Assembly: GCA_012295275.1 (NCBI GenBank)
Contig: CM022672.1
Coordinates: 18,910,001-18,974,000, forward strand
Direction of reading: 5' to 3'
Length of the DNA: 64,000 nt
Source of the DNA: Chrysomallon squamiferum
Lineage: Eukaryota; Animalia; Mollusca
Both the position numbers and the translations under genes were made by a program. Below are positions 1-12,900 of the stretch, piece by piece (the stretch's first letter is position 1; every line of letters starts with the position of its first letter). Below the pieces are notes generated by a model that did not search any database, was not told the DNA's origin, and saw only the letters and a list, made by a program, of their open reading frames with translations.

Positions 1-88
1 ACGTTATACGTGAAAAATCTTTATAAAACGTTAATCGCTAGTCATTAATAGTTTAAGAAAGGACTACAAAGAAGCTGCAAACACTCAC

Positions 89-1981
89 CCCACGTGAATC
101 TGGAGAATAAGCATCAAGATTGTGAGTCTGATCCCGAGGTCCACCCATGTAGATGCGACTTTCTGGCGACACCTGGTAGAAGGCGTTGTCCTGCTCATTG
201 GGGTCAGCGTAGTGGACGTAATACTGACAGATGTGGGTATACGTGTCACCATCACGGGACGGGTCATTCCCGTAGATCTCAATACCGTATTCTCCCTTCT
301 GCGGCAGATTGGCATTGACCACAACTTTGTCGTTCTGGTCGTCATCCTGGATGTACTGCTCCAGCTCGTCGTCTCTCATTCCGTTCTTACGCAGTTTGGC
401 AAGGATGTATGCTGGCCTCGTCTTTTTGAATTCAAGTCTGACGTTTCCATCAGCACAAGCAATCACACCTTTAAAACCAGAAAAATATATTTATAGTATT
501 TTCATCAGTAGAACATCTGAATATCTGTCTTCGTTTTATTTTTCTTGGGATGCATTTACATTTTGATGAAATATTCTTTTCATACAGATAAATGCCAAAA
601 ATATTTTTATTACTTAAATATTTTACATAAAAAGTATACATCAATTTAGTTAATTATTTTTATTATTATTGTTTTTGTTTTTTATTAGTTTTAAAATTAC
701 AATAGGAAAAATAATAATATTATTCTTACAATTTATTATCCTTGAGATGATTTTAAATAAGAGAATTTAATACCTAACAACACTTCACTCTTTCAAAACT
801 GAAAACATTCTTTCCACGCAGTATAATTAGGCTACTACAACAATGAAAACATTACCTTGCGGAGGACTTACTTAAATATTTTATATAATAAGCATACAAC
901 AATTTAGTTAATTGTTTTTATTATTTCTTATTTATTCTGTTTTTTAATTACTGTTTTAAAATTACAAAAGGAAAAAATAAGAATATTATTCTTACAATTT
1001 ATTATCCTTGAGACAATTTTAAATAAGAGAATTTAATACCTAACAACACTTCACTCTTTCAAAAACAGAACAGATTCTTTAACCATAAATCCACAGAGTA
1101 TAATTAAGCTAAAACAATGCAATACCTTGCGGAGGACTTGCTACAAGACCCATCTGATCAACAGCAACGCCAGGACCCCAGCTGCTGTCAGAGCAGTTGG
1201 GCAACGGCACGGCATCAGAAGCTGGCTGGTCTGCCAACACCTTGTACTCAGCAGACGCAGTGAAGACGTTCTTCACACCCAGCTCTCCGGTCAACAGCTG
1301 AGCGAAGATGGTGAAGTAGTAAGGTCCTGCCCGGGGCGCTCTGAAGATGAACGTGCTGGTCTGGTTCCTTCCATGCTCCTGAAGAGAGAAATTCTTCAGC
1401 TTCTGCCCCTGGTAGGTCTCATCCCCAGAGTCGGCGAACGTGATCTTGTAGGTGAAGTTGGTCGGTTTTCCGTGGCCGAGGGTCAGCGCGATGCAGCCGT
1501 TCTTGGTGTTGACGACGCCCATGTGGTGGGAGATGAAGAACATGCCGCACTTGAAGAAGTAGGACTTGACGAGTGGGAGGTTTTCGAAGTCCTGCAGAGA
1601 GATGCTGCGTGTGAGGAGTTGCCATTCCTTCTTGTGGGCCCAGTGGCTGTAGATGAGTTGTTCTGGATCTGTCAGAAAGTAGAAGTCGTCGTATTCGTAA
1701 ACCTAGAAAAATGTAAAAAAGAAAATTCTGAAATGAATTTAAATCAATAAAATAGACAAAACAATTTTGTTATGTAATGTGTAATATCCATTCTGAACTG
1801 TTAAAAAGATATTATACAGTTCATTAGATAAAAGAAATGGTGTGAAGAATGAAAATAAAATATAGTAATATTTATGATATACTGACAGCATGGGCAACTG
1901 AAGCCATTCAAGTACATCCCCAAACACACACACAACAAAAAAAAGGAAAACGAGAGAAACAGAAATACGGTGTGTGAGAGA

Positions 1982-2026
<45 letters not shown>

Positions 2027-4404
2027 GTTGTGCATGTGCACCTGGGACTCAGCCTTTATAGATGTTATTTCACCACACAGTAATCATTTTTACATTTATT
2101 TCCAATAGCCTAATTTCACTGTATATATTTATGGTTAAAGAATGCTTTCTGGAAAAAAAAAGAAAAAAAAAGATCTTCAATTTTGATAGAGTGAAATGTT
2201 GTTAATACTGAATTATCTTGTTTAAATTTATTTCAAGGATCAAAAACTCTATTACTAATTAGTCTTTTTTTCTTTTTTTCTTTTGTCATTTTAGAACAAT
2301 AATAATAAAATAAATGTATAAGAAATGTTATATTAAAATGTACAATAATATTATATTATCACCATCATTAGTAACAGACTATAATTATCATATAAACAGA
2401 AGAACAAAAAAAAAATGATGTACATAACATTACCTGAAAACAGTTTTAATCATTTCATATAATCACAGTAAGGGAGATAACACTGATATAAATGTATGCA
2501 TTTAAAAAAGGAAAGGAACAAGGATAAAATTATAATAATGAGTCTGTGTGTGTGTGTGTGCATGGTTAGAGAACAGCTGCCATGTTATTTGCATTATTTA
2601 ACATGTTTATACTATTTATTTACACTTTTGTTGTAAATAATTATCTCCCTTAATCTGAATAAGTCAATAGGCTCCACAAAGAAGGTAACATTTGCCCCTT
2701 TTCGTGCAAAGATAAATTCCAAAAGCATCATTAAAAAATAATAATTAATTTGCAGATGTTCATATCTTTCACTTAGTCTGCACTGTATATCAAATTTAGT
2801 TTTTTTTCAGTTTTATGGATTGGCTGGAAAGGAACATGGTGTGCTGGAGATTAAAATAAGGAGTCCAGAGGGAAATAATATAAAAGAAAATTGGGAAAAT
2901 AGAAATAAGCTTAGAGTATTGTGACGTGTATTAAAGGCCAGTTTTTAATCCATTAGAGTATTTTTTTTTTTGTTTGTTTTTGTTTTTTTTGTTTAGAAAT
3001 TCCATTTTGTTCTGTTTTGTTGTGTTGTGTGGTTTTTGGGGTTGTTTTTTGGGTTTTTAAATTATGTTTACCAAGTTTTCTGGTTTGTTCTTCTCAGAGG
3101 TGAGGTAGCGGGTGGCCCAGTGGGAGTCGACAAGGTACCAGTTGCCGTCTATGAGAATCCCGTTCCAGCTGTGGTTGTAGTCGTTTGTCTTGAACTGATC
3201 CCCAGGACGATAGTCCAGGCCCTTGGCATACCCAGTCAGAACAGCAGAGTGGAGATCTGAGTACCTGTGAGTGAAAAACAGTGAAATATCACTTTAAAAA
3301 ACAACTTTAAACATTTAGAAAAAAAAACCTGAATAAAATTTATTGCACAAGTGATTTCTGTGATCTGCATCATCATATGAATATATGAATACTTATGAGT
3401 ATAAACAGATATATATTTACTCTTGGGGTGTCTGATAGACAGACAGAGGGAGAGATAGAAAATGGCTTTAAGAATGCTGAACACCATCATAATGAAGCTT
3501 CAGATCTGAACTGGCTTCTTTATTATAAAATTACCTTCATCTCAAATTTTTTAATCATTGTACATTCACTGCCATAGATTGATTTTTTTGATTCACAAAC
3601 AGTTAAACAGCTGTTACTGCAGATTTTCAAATGAAACTGGATAATGAATATTTAACCATGGAATATCAATTAATACAAGCTTTGTATGAATTCATTTGTG
3701 TACCAACAGACAGACAGACATCTTTGATATCTTCAGATATGGAGACAAATAAACAAGATTATTTATTGTACTTGAATTTAGTTCTTTTTTTTTTTACCTG
3801 CACAGTGTTTCGAAAATGCGTGCATATGTTCCCTGTTTGTTTTTGAAAGACAACAGCACTTCTTCTGGGGAGCCTGGCTGAGCTCCGTCACGAAACTGAA
3901 TAGTGTACATGTTCTTTGATGTCATCCATCGGAAAATAACTCTGTAAGAGAAATACTCAACAATTGCAACAAAACAATTTATTTGTTTCTATTTTTAAAT
4001 TATTTTCTATTATTGTTTCTTTTATTTTTTTTCACCTGTTGCTTTAATTTTTTTTTTTTTTATGTATTTATGCTTTTACACATAAATACATATGCAAGTG
4101 CATAAACAACTAACTTATTTATCATGAAGAATAATTAAATGTCACATTTTTTTTTACTGAGTGTTCAAGCATACAGAACTTACATATATATATGTATTAT
4201 TTCAAGAAAGATGTATTTTAGTTAAATATACCTCACATTATGTTGCTTTGAGAGTTTCATTACAGGTGCAACAAAATATTTTGGCATAAATGCAAGTTCT
4301 ATTTTAGTGCACTTTACTCATTTGTATTTTGTTTTGTTATTTTTATTCTATTTCATTTTGCTGTTATTTTTATTAAAAATATTTTTTTTTTCTTTTATAA
4401 TCTG

Positions 4405-4449
<45 letters not shown>

Positions 4450-5168
4450 AATTTTGATTGTATAGCATTTTTTTAATTGTATAGCATTTTATTTTATTAC
4501 ATCAATCAATATAATTCAAATTTCATAGCCAGAGTATAATGATACCCCATTTATTTGTAATAAACAGTACAAAAGCTATAAATACCTCATAAATTATTTT
4601 TCTTTTAATAAATCTTAATAATCTATTGATTTGTGGCCATTACACAATCATTTCCAGTGACATAACATGTTAAACCAGATGTGACATATTGCTTGTAAAA
4701 TCTTTACGTTTTGAATATATATACACACACATATACACAGACATATACATATAAACACCATTAGAAAATGAATGACTTAACTAACTGAACAAATTTTCAT
4801 ATTAACAGTTATTAAAGATATCAAAGATATTAAAAAAGTAAAACCACTGCTTCAACACATTGACTATTGTTATTAAGTAGCAATAAGATAATAAGCATCT
4901 ACACATAAGTTTATATTTATTATAGTTTCTTTATATTTATTATACGAAGGAAAACAAAATAAACATTATATATTACATGTCATTCATCATTTGTTAAAAA
5001 AAAATTCAGATATTAAATTTACTGTCAATACCATCATTGTCATTTAAAAATAATAATAAATTTCAGGAAGTAAAATTATATTGTTTATCATATATCAGTT
5101 ATGTTATCTTTGCTACATTAACAGAGAAAAACAAAAACATTGAGTACATAACAAATGACAACTAGAAA

Positions 5169-5208
<40 letters not shown>

Positions 5209-6292
5209 AGTAATAATAATAATAACAATAATAATAACAATAATAATAATAATAATAATTTATCTTCACTGGCAAACAAAACTAAATGGGTAAAAATTAT
5301 TTCGAACACTTCCAAATGATTTATTTGCTTTTGTTTTTTCTATTAAAGAGAATCAATATTTATTAACAATAAAGTATACTGACAAGTACCACGTGTTAAA
5401 AATATTAGGAAATTTCTAAATATGACTTTAAAACTTTCCTTGCTGAACACGACAACATATTATCATTTTGAAAATGTCACCAAATACAACAGACAAAGAA
5501 CCAAGTAATTGCAATGAATTTTTAATTTAAAAAAATAAAATATTTAAATAAACAAATTACCTAGCTTTCTCCAACTCAGTCTGAACGTTTTTCTGACTGT
5601 ACACAAGATGCCAGATGAGGTCAGAAAAGTTATCATGGTCTTGTTGAGCAACCTGAAACATTAACAAAGACATGGCTGTAATATTTTCTATTATCTCTGT
5701 GTATGTGGAATTGCCATTATTGAGATATCTATTTTATTTCTTTGAAAAAAAAATAGTATTAATAATAATGATAATAAATAAATAAATAAAGAAACCTACC
5801 TGAAGAAATTTTGGTATTATTTTTATATTTATCATTAATTTTAAATTATTTAAAAGATAAAATCAGCATACAGTCATGTAAAATAACCAATTATTTTTAT
5901 TAAAAAAATAACAAAAAAAAAAAAAACATTCTACAGCTAAATATGTAGTCAGTATGTAACTAAAGGTAACTGAAAGACAGTCTCTTTTGAATATTACATC
6001 ACATGAATGATGAATCTATCACAATTAATCATTAGATGTCAGTCATTAAACATATCACAATACTGATATGACAGAAAGATATTTTTATGGGATTAGTAGC
6101 AAGGGATGTCAAAATTTTCTGCAACTTCACATAAAAAGAAAAATATTTACAATGGACTGTGGATATATCTTTTGGGAGTAATATAATAATTATATACATC
6201 ACCACAACAATAATGCATTTTCATTGATTCAAAATGATACCCAAGTAATGTCTGTTTTGTCATGACAACCTTAGTAATAAAAATATTTCCCT

Positions 6293-6338
<46 letters not shown>

Positions 6339-6600
6339 AAACTAAAAGAAAGGTTATTTCCATTTTTTATCAGATAAAATATGAAGCAAAAAAATGAATG
6401 TTACATTAGAGGTAATTTTTTAGATATTAAAATGTAATTTATGAAATGAGCACCTGAATGGCGTGAATATCTATGTTGCTAAACTGCTGTACGTCACGGT
6501 AAATATCAAACTTTCTGTAGCGGGAGCGGCAGGGTGGAGGTGGGTGTGACCTCTGTTTGACATCCTGTGGCTGGAATCCAGCTGGTGCTTTGATCTGCAT
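89..6600 (-). CDS. Hillarin / kyphoscoliosis peptidase (KY)-like protein, transglutaminase-like domain; 3' part continues beyond the left edge of the window
   Basis: Exons with GT-AG and consistent phase: 6454-6600 (ATG 6600, in-frame TGA just upstream, acceptor at 6623), 5561-5652, 3798-3941, 3072-3264, 1126-1702, 89-468. Translation includes ...NIDIHAIQVAQQDH...TELEKARVIFRWMT...GTYARIFETLCRYSDLH...GYAKGLDYRPG...NHSWNGILIDGNWYLVDSHWATR...YEYDDFYFLTDPEQLIYSHW...LPQKGEYGIEIYGNDP, motifs typical of hillarin/LTD-1/KY proteins. Confidence 0.88.
610..1139. repeat. Tandem duplication (~260-270 bp x2) that includes the exon 3' end and splice donor of the KY-like gene
   Basis: 610-869 and ~868-1139 share long blocks (e.g. 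aatattattcttacaatttattatccttgaga, ttttaaataagagaatttaatacctaacaacacttcactctttcaaaa). Both end in taccttgcggaggactt. Confidence 0.9.
1986..2024. repeat. (TG)n microsatellite
   Basis: Directly visible. Confidence 0.95.
5990..6150 (-). mobile_element. Degenerate SINE-like interspersed repeat remnant
   Basis: The reverse complement of gggattagtagcaagggatg...ttctgcaacttcac resembles the GGAAGGTG...ATCCTTGC...CTAAT core seen at 24646, 28461 and 37364. Confidence 0.4.
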
Positions 6601-7501
6601 GCTGACTTGGTTTCAGGAAAACCTATAAATAACAACAACATGAAGAATATGTTAAACTGAACAAGTGAAGGTTTTATCTGTGTATATTTCTTCTAGTCAG
6701 TCCAAATTAGAGATATTTTTTTAAATTATTTAAAAAAAAAATACAAGTAGAGATTATTCTTATTATGAAATTTTTGGAAGGTTAAAACATTCAATAATAG
6801 AGCTGTAGATAAATTGATGTCAAAACCCTTTGTAACAAAACAGAAAAAAAAATTTAAAAATTTAAATATTATTTCTACATCCATTTCACTCAGAGGTCAT
6901 AAGTGGGATAAATAATGACAATGAATAATTGTAGTAATTCATTTTGGTAAAAAGGGCAAACTAGCGTTCCTGGAATTATGATCATGGTTTAATTCTGCTG
7001 AAAATTTCGGTATTTTTTTTGTGGAAATATTAAAAGTGTTTCTCAAGTTTAATATTTTGTGAAAACTAACAATTTTCGGTGATCTGTCTTGGAGTTACAT
7101 GGCAATGAAATTGGAACTGACATTTTCGTCACGAAAATGGAAAATACGACTTCATTATCAGCTAAATATGTTCACTGAGTGCCTGTCAGATGGGGATTTC
7201 CAGGCCCTGATATTCTGGATTGTCATCTAATTATAGACTTTACAAAATGACATATGAGAAATGCCGTCATTTATCAAAATCAAACTGATACACTGAGATA
7301 AAGACAAATCAGAACACATTTAGAACAGAAGCATTACCATCTATTTCAAATAAATCTTATCCGATGTACTCATTAAGATATGTTACAAATCCCCACCACA
7401 TATTTTTCACCAAGCAATTAAAACTTAGCTAATACAATCTATTATGACAAATTCTGTGAATTTTATTATTAACTGTTTCTTCTTCTTCTTCTTCTCCTTT
7501 T

Positions 7502-7624
7502 TTTGTGTGTGTGTGTGAATGTGTGTGTGTGTGTGTGTGTTGTGTGTTTTTAACATACCCAAACAAAGAATAAAGAAGTAATAAACACAGACACACATAT
7601 AAATATACATACATCTATACATAC

Positions 7625-7671
<47 letters not shown>

Positions 7672-7730
7672 TATATATATACACACACATAAACACAAAC
7701 ATACACACACACACACGTGCACACACAAAC
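7502..7730. repeat. Compound (TG)n/(TA)n/(AC)n microsatellite
   Basis: Directly visible; it generates the spurious ORFs at 7425-7762. Confidence 0.9.
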
Positions 7731-8823
7731 ATGTATACATTATGTACATACATTATATACACAAACCTGTTCCAGAAAGTCTAAACTCTTTGCTATCCTA
7801 GTATAGTCTACATTTTATTATTTAGCTTTCGATCTTTATTAATTATAATTATGCCTCAGCTACATAATTCAGTGCCATCCTTGCAGATATGTACGAAATG
7901 TAATTACAGAACTTAAATTAGGTCAGACATACTGGCAACATGCCTGAAATAATGTTTTGAAAGCTATCAGTTTTATTCAATTTTCATTATCAATACTGCA
8001 GACAAACCACTGTTGTTAATTCAGATATTCATCATAGAGTATACAAAAAACCCAGTAAATTTAAAAATCAATCAATAAATAAAAAAATTTTAAATGTTCA
8101 TTATCAGAATATGTTTGATACTTAAAAATATATGACAGGCACTGCAGTAACACCACATAACATGATGATAACATATTGTGTTGAAAACAAATACATAGAT
8201 AGAATTACTATGTGATATTAATATCTGATAAATGACTTTTTAAAACAAAAGATAGTTGTTTCCAAAGAAAGATTAAAAAAAAAAAACTTTATTAAACATC
8301 AAAGAAAACTGAAGATTTTAAAGAAAAAAACAAAAAAAAAAACAGCAATTAAACTTTGAAAAATATCCTAAACCTCAAACATAATATTAATTTTTTTTAG
8401 AAATGATCAGAAATCACTGATGGAAAAAGATTAAGCACATTAATAATAACATTAAATGCTAATATTATGCGGCACTGTGAAGATTTAACATGCTGGTAAC
8501 ATCACTCAGGCACAAAAGTGTTGAAAGACTAATAACATTAAATACAAAAGTAATGTGGAAGAATTGAGATTGGCCTTGCCTATAACATAAACTGCTAAAT
8601 GATTAAAGCCAGAAACTGCCAATAAACTCAGTCTATCAGAGCTGGAAGCAGGAAACGTCAGCGCTCTGACATTTACTGAAGCTATCAGTTTTGGAAGGTC
8701 ACAACGACTCTCTCCCATTGACAATGGATAAATTAGAATAACAAGTTGTGATTAAATGTCATTGGTTGTGAATCATTTGTATAATAATAGATCTGTGTAA
8801 ATATGTCTGGTAATGTATCAGTA

Positions 8824-8863
<40 letters not shown>

Positions 8864-9199
8864 TTTATTTTCATTTAAATAAAGGTTTAATCAAGATAGA
8901 TCGTTACAGGTGATTTTAATATAACACACACATATACAGACAAGCACAAACAAACATTTCAACTACAAGTTTCATTAAGTACAGCCCAGGCATGCAAAAC
9001 AATCAATTCCTTCTTATAAATAATACATTCTACTGAAGAATATGTTGTCAGTTATTACATAATTGTGACTGAAGTGTATTCGTTCACAGAACACCATCCT
9101 AGAAGAATCCAGCAAAACAAATATCTCATCTGCAATGTGTCATCAGTAATTGAAATTCTTGTGCTGTTCTCATTCCACAAGGTTTTCAGTATTAATTAC

Positions 9200-9920
9200 A
9201 TCAGGATTAATTTGTATAGTATTTGTGTGTGTGTCTGTGTGTGTGTGTGTTATAACTAACAGAATGTAAGAATAACAGGATTGGATTCCAAAGGATGCAA
9301 CTCAGAACATTAGTTTATGTGAATGTAATTTGGATATGATTTATGTACCAGTTATGAAAGGAGATATTTTTAGATGATGCAGGATAATCTGGATTAGACT
9401 TGATATGATGTAACACTGTAAAATGATAAGAACCTGAATAAAAAGTGATAAAATTAGTAAAAGTTATAATGATAATAAGATTAATATGCAAAGGACTGGA
9501 GATAACCTAGTACAAATGTGACTCTAACGTGATTGCTTTACTAGCTGTGTATCTCAGATAGGATTAACTGTTAATATATGATAAGATTAGCTTAGAAAGT
9601 TTCTTATGCTATGAAGGAATTAACTGGAAAACAATTAAGCTATTACACAACTGATGTATTAGCTGGCAAAATCGAGCCTACAATATGTTTAGCTGGACAA
9701 GGAAGCAATTATGACAGGATTAGCTTTAAAAAAAAAAAAAAAGGTAATAAAATTTGCTCAGAAAGGATTGCAACTATGACAGGAATAGCTAGGATGTGGC
9801 ATTTACAGAACTACTTTCTTCAGGATGGAACCAAGCTAGGATTACTCTGCAAATATTTTAGGATTAGCTTGCAAATATTTTAAGATTAGCTGGCACAGAG
9901 TATCTGTATAGGATTAGCGC
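9200..9920 (+). repeat. Degenerate array of same-strand (G/A)GATTA(GCT) motifs (decayed minisatellite or homotypic site cluster)
   Basis: GGATTA near 9204, 9391, 9561, 9717, 9839, 9861, 9911 and AGATTA near 9479, 9584, 9883. A near-perfect ~22-bp tandem is retained at 9839-9892. Confidence 0.6.
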
Positions 9921-12900
9921 TGAAGGAATTGGTTGTTAAGCAGTGTCCATGACAACAGACAAGCCTGACATAACAGCCTGATTAGCATTCAGATTGAATG
10001 TTTAAATGACATGTAATACCACACTTGGTCATTCCCTCACACAGTATAGCTGGTCCAGTCAATAACACTATGGTAAATCAATACTGAACAATAAATCAGT
10101 ATGATGTAACAACAGCCTCAAGTTGTATCTCATTAAAAACTGTTACCAAACTGTTGCCAGTGCCTTCTTTTATAAGTTTTATATAAACGATGTTTTCATA
10201 AAAGCTACAAATAAAAAGTACTTATAAAGTTTTACCAATCTGACACATAATAAAGTAAGACAGAAACTGATTTATTTCCCATTCCTTTGTATTACAACCC
10301 TGAATGAATGAAATAACAAAACTAAATAAATAAATAAAAATTAAGCTTTTCATTGATTGATAGTTATCAATATGTACTTCATATTTGTTTTATACAAACA
10401 AAGTAATGGACATTTAGTTCTCTGCTAAGGTAATATTTTGTATATAAATTATGTCTTCACAGTACTTTAACAGTTGATACTTGTCTTTTTTTTTTTTAAA
10501 ACTGTGATAAAACTAAAATACCTTCTCTATAAAAGGTAAAAATAAAAAAAAAAGATTATAAAAAAAAAATAATATATGAATAGCAATCACAGTGTCAATC
10601 CACCAAAAAAATTTATTTGTGTATTAAATTTATTAATATTCTAGCCACATTTCAAACAAGCATACAGGAAGACTGACATTTTAAAACTCATTAACTGTCA
10701 TCCTCTTACTGTGTGTTTCTATTATGGGCCAGTCAAAATAACACTTGACAATTTACAATACTCGGAATTTGAGTTATGGATTCACATCCATCACTTACAT
10801 AACACACTGATGATTATTCTGATTACAATTAAATAGAACAGAGGTACATCCTGATTAAATAACACGAATGTGTAATCTTTTTCTGCCAGCACAATAGATT
10901 AATATTACCTCGATGTCAACAGCAGTTTTTAATCAAGATATATTAATCTTTAGTAAAGATAACACCCAGTGACATATGATAAAAAACACCTAAAAACTAA
11001 ATGAAAACTTTAAAATAATTTCAGTGTATGCATCTAATATTAATGGCTTACAACATACAACAGGAATTTTCAGTAAAATGCTCACATGCTTCTGGTGAAA
11101 TAAGTCCTTATGAAAATAAAATTAGCCTTTCTCTTCAGCTGAGTTAAAATTTTATTACCGTCAGTGAAAAGAACCCAACTGAAATCTGCTGCTCCTTTGT
11201 AATTTGACATCCATTATCAAAACTGTAAAGTATATCTTTAAGGTAATACATTTAGAGTATCTAAGCTTTGGTGATATATACATATATATATTTCTAAGTT
11301 ATTATTCTATTTGTTACTGCTGATCAGTTTTTGCTAGTAATAAAGTATAACAATAAAATAACTAGTTCATAAAGACGTAATGAAGATATGACAGTTCTGA
11401 AACAATTTATTCAGTCAGTCACATTTCTAACTTTTTCTTTTGAAATTGTGTTATGAAAAAAAAAAATTAATAAATTAATAATGGTGAAAGAAAGCATAGC
11501 CTGGAAATACACTCAAATTTATTTAGGCCATCACTATGAATCACAAAAGTATTTTAATGCTGCCATTTATCTGACAAAGAATTAGCCTTTATCCTCAAAT
11601 TATCGTTACTTGATACCTTTTGACCAACAGGCACCAATATTTAGGCAGTACTGCTACTACTACAGTGACCCATGTCTTTTTACAACACTGTTCTCAACAG
11701 TCTGACTCATCTCTCTATTCAGGAAACAGTAACAAAGCTGTTTACTATAGAGAACAGATAAACTGGGTATGGATGCTCAATAACACAGATGCGAAGCATC
11801 TGGCAAAATATGAATCACATCTCCACATGTCACTGTAGAAACAAGAACAGCAATTAAACTGTTTTTGTGTGTGTCTGTGTGTGCAGACAAACCGCAAACT
11901 ATTAATAATACAGGTATACTGGAGAAGGGAGACATTACATCTTTTGGGATCACAGCTCAGACAGAAGAGATTAAGCAGAGCTTCCTGAAATTTCAGTCTG
12001 GGAAACTTTCTGTTAAAATAACATTTTAATATAATCAAATGGTAATTCAAGGTTCTTTGATAGTTCTTTTTGTATTACAGTAATTTTGCTAAAAAAAATT
12101 ATATTTACTCTTGTTCTTTGAAAATATTATGAACAATTTTCTTTATGCTACAAATATATGTTTACTTATAATAATTTCTCAAATATTGTTATAATTGGTA
12201 CTATATGCTTTTATGTATTTTTGAAATGGATTTTAAACACTGAGATTCAAAACTAAAATAATAACAATACATTTTTTAAAAAGCAATAATAATCCTTTGA
12301 TAAGTTATCATACTTAAAATTATTTGTGAAATAAACTTCATACCTTAACTAATTCATTATTCAGCAAATCTTACTTTCAGTACAAAACTCTAAAGAATGA
12401 TTTTATCTCTCTGTGTTTGAAAGCAAAGAAGAATTGTTATTGTATTTTCTTCTGTAGGATCTCCGAAGGTGAAACATACACCATGTTAAAATTGCAAAAT
12501 TCCTCACAGTGTTTTGTTCCAGTGGAGTACAAAAAGCACATAGCACACATGCATTTACTGTTTTACATCAAGTTTCCTGTCTAAAGAAAGCACACATAGG
12601 GTGCACGTCTGTTGAGATATTTATAGCTCTGCAGGCAACCAGTGTACACCTTCTAGTACATCTGCTTCCTAGGCAGCAGTGATCTTATGTCCAGGTACAG
12701 TGTAAGCATATATTAAGGTTTTCACTTAAGAGTTTATTAAATTAGTTCAGTAAAAACAGACAGTGCAGGGGATCAAGCTAAACAAGGCTCAATGTTTAGA
12801 GACAGGAACATCATTTTAGTGATTACAATTTTTAAGATAAAATGAATTTTATATATATATATAAAGATGTTGATTAGCAAAATCTTTGAGGGTATGCAAA

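Noticed and set aside
94-1750. Long + strand ORFs (122-496, 1127-1750)
   Set aside because: Antisense shadows of the GC-rich KY-like exons; no independent homology signal.
9200-9920. CRISPR-like repeat/spacer array
   Set aside because: The motif is only 6-9 nt and irregularly spaced.
12447-12475. + strand 11-nt micro-exon-like tgtag|GATCTCCGAAG|gtgaaa
   Set aside because: No + strand gene context supports it.
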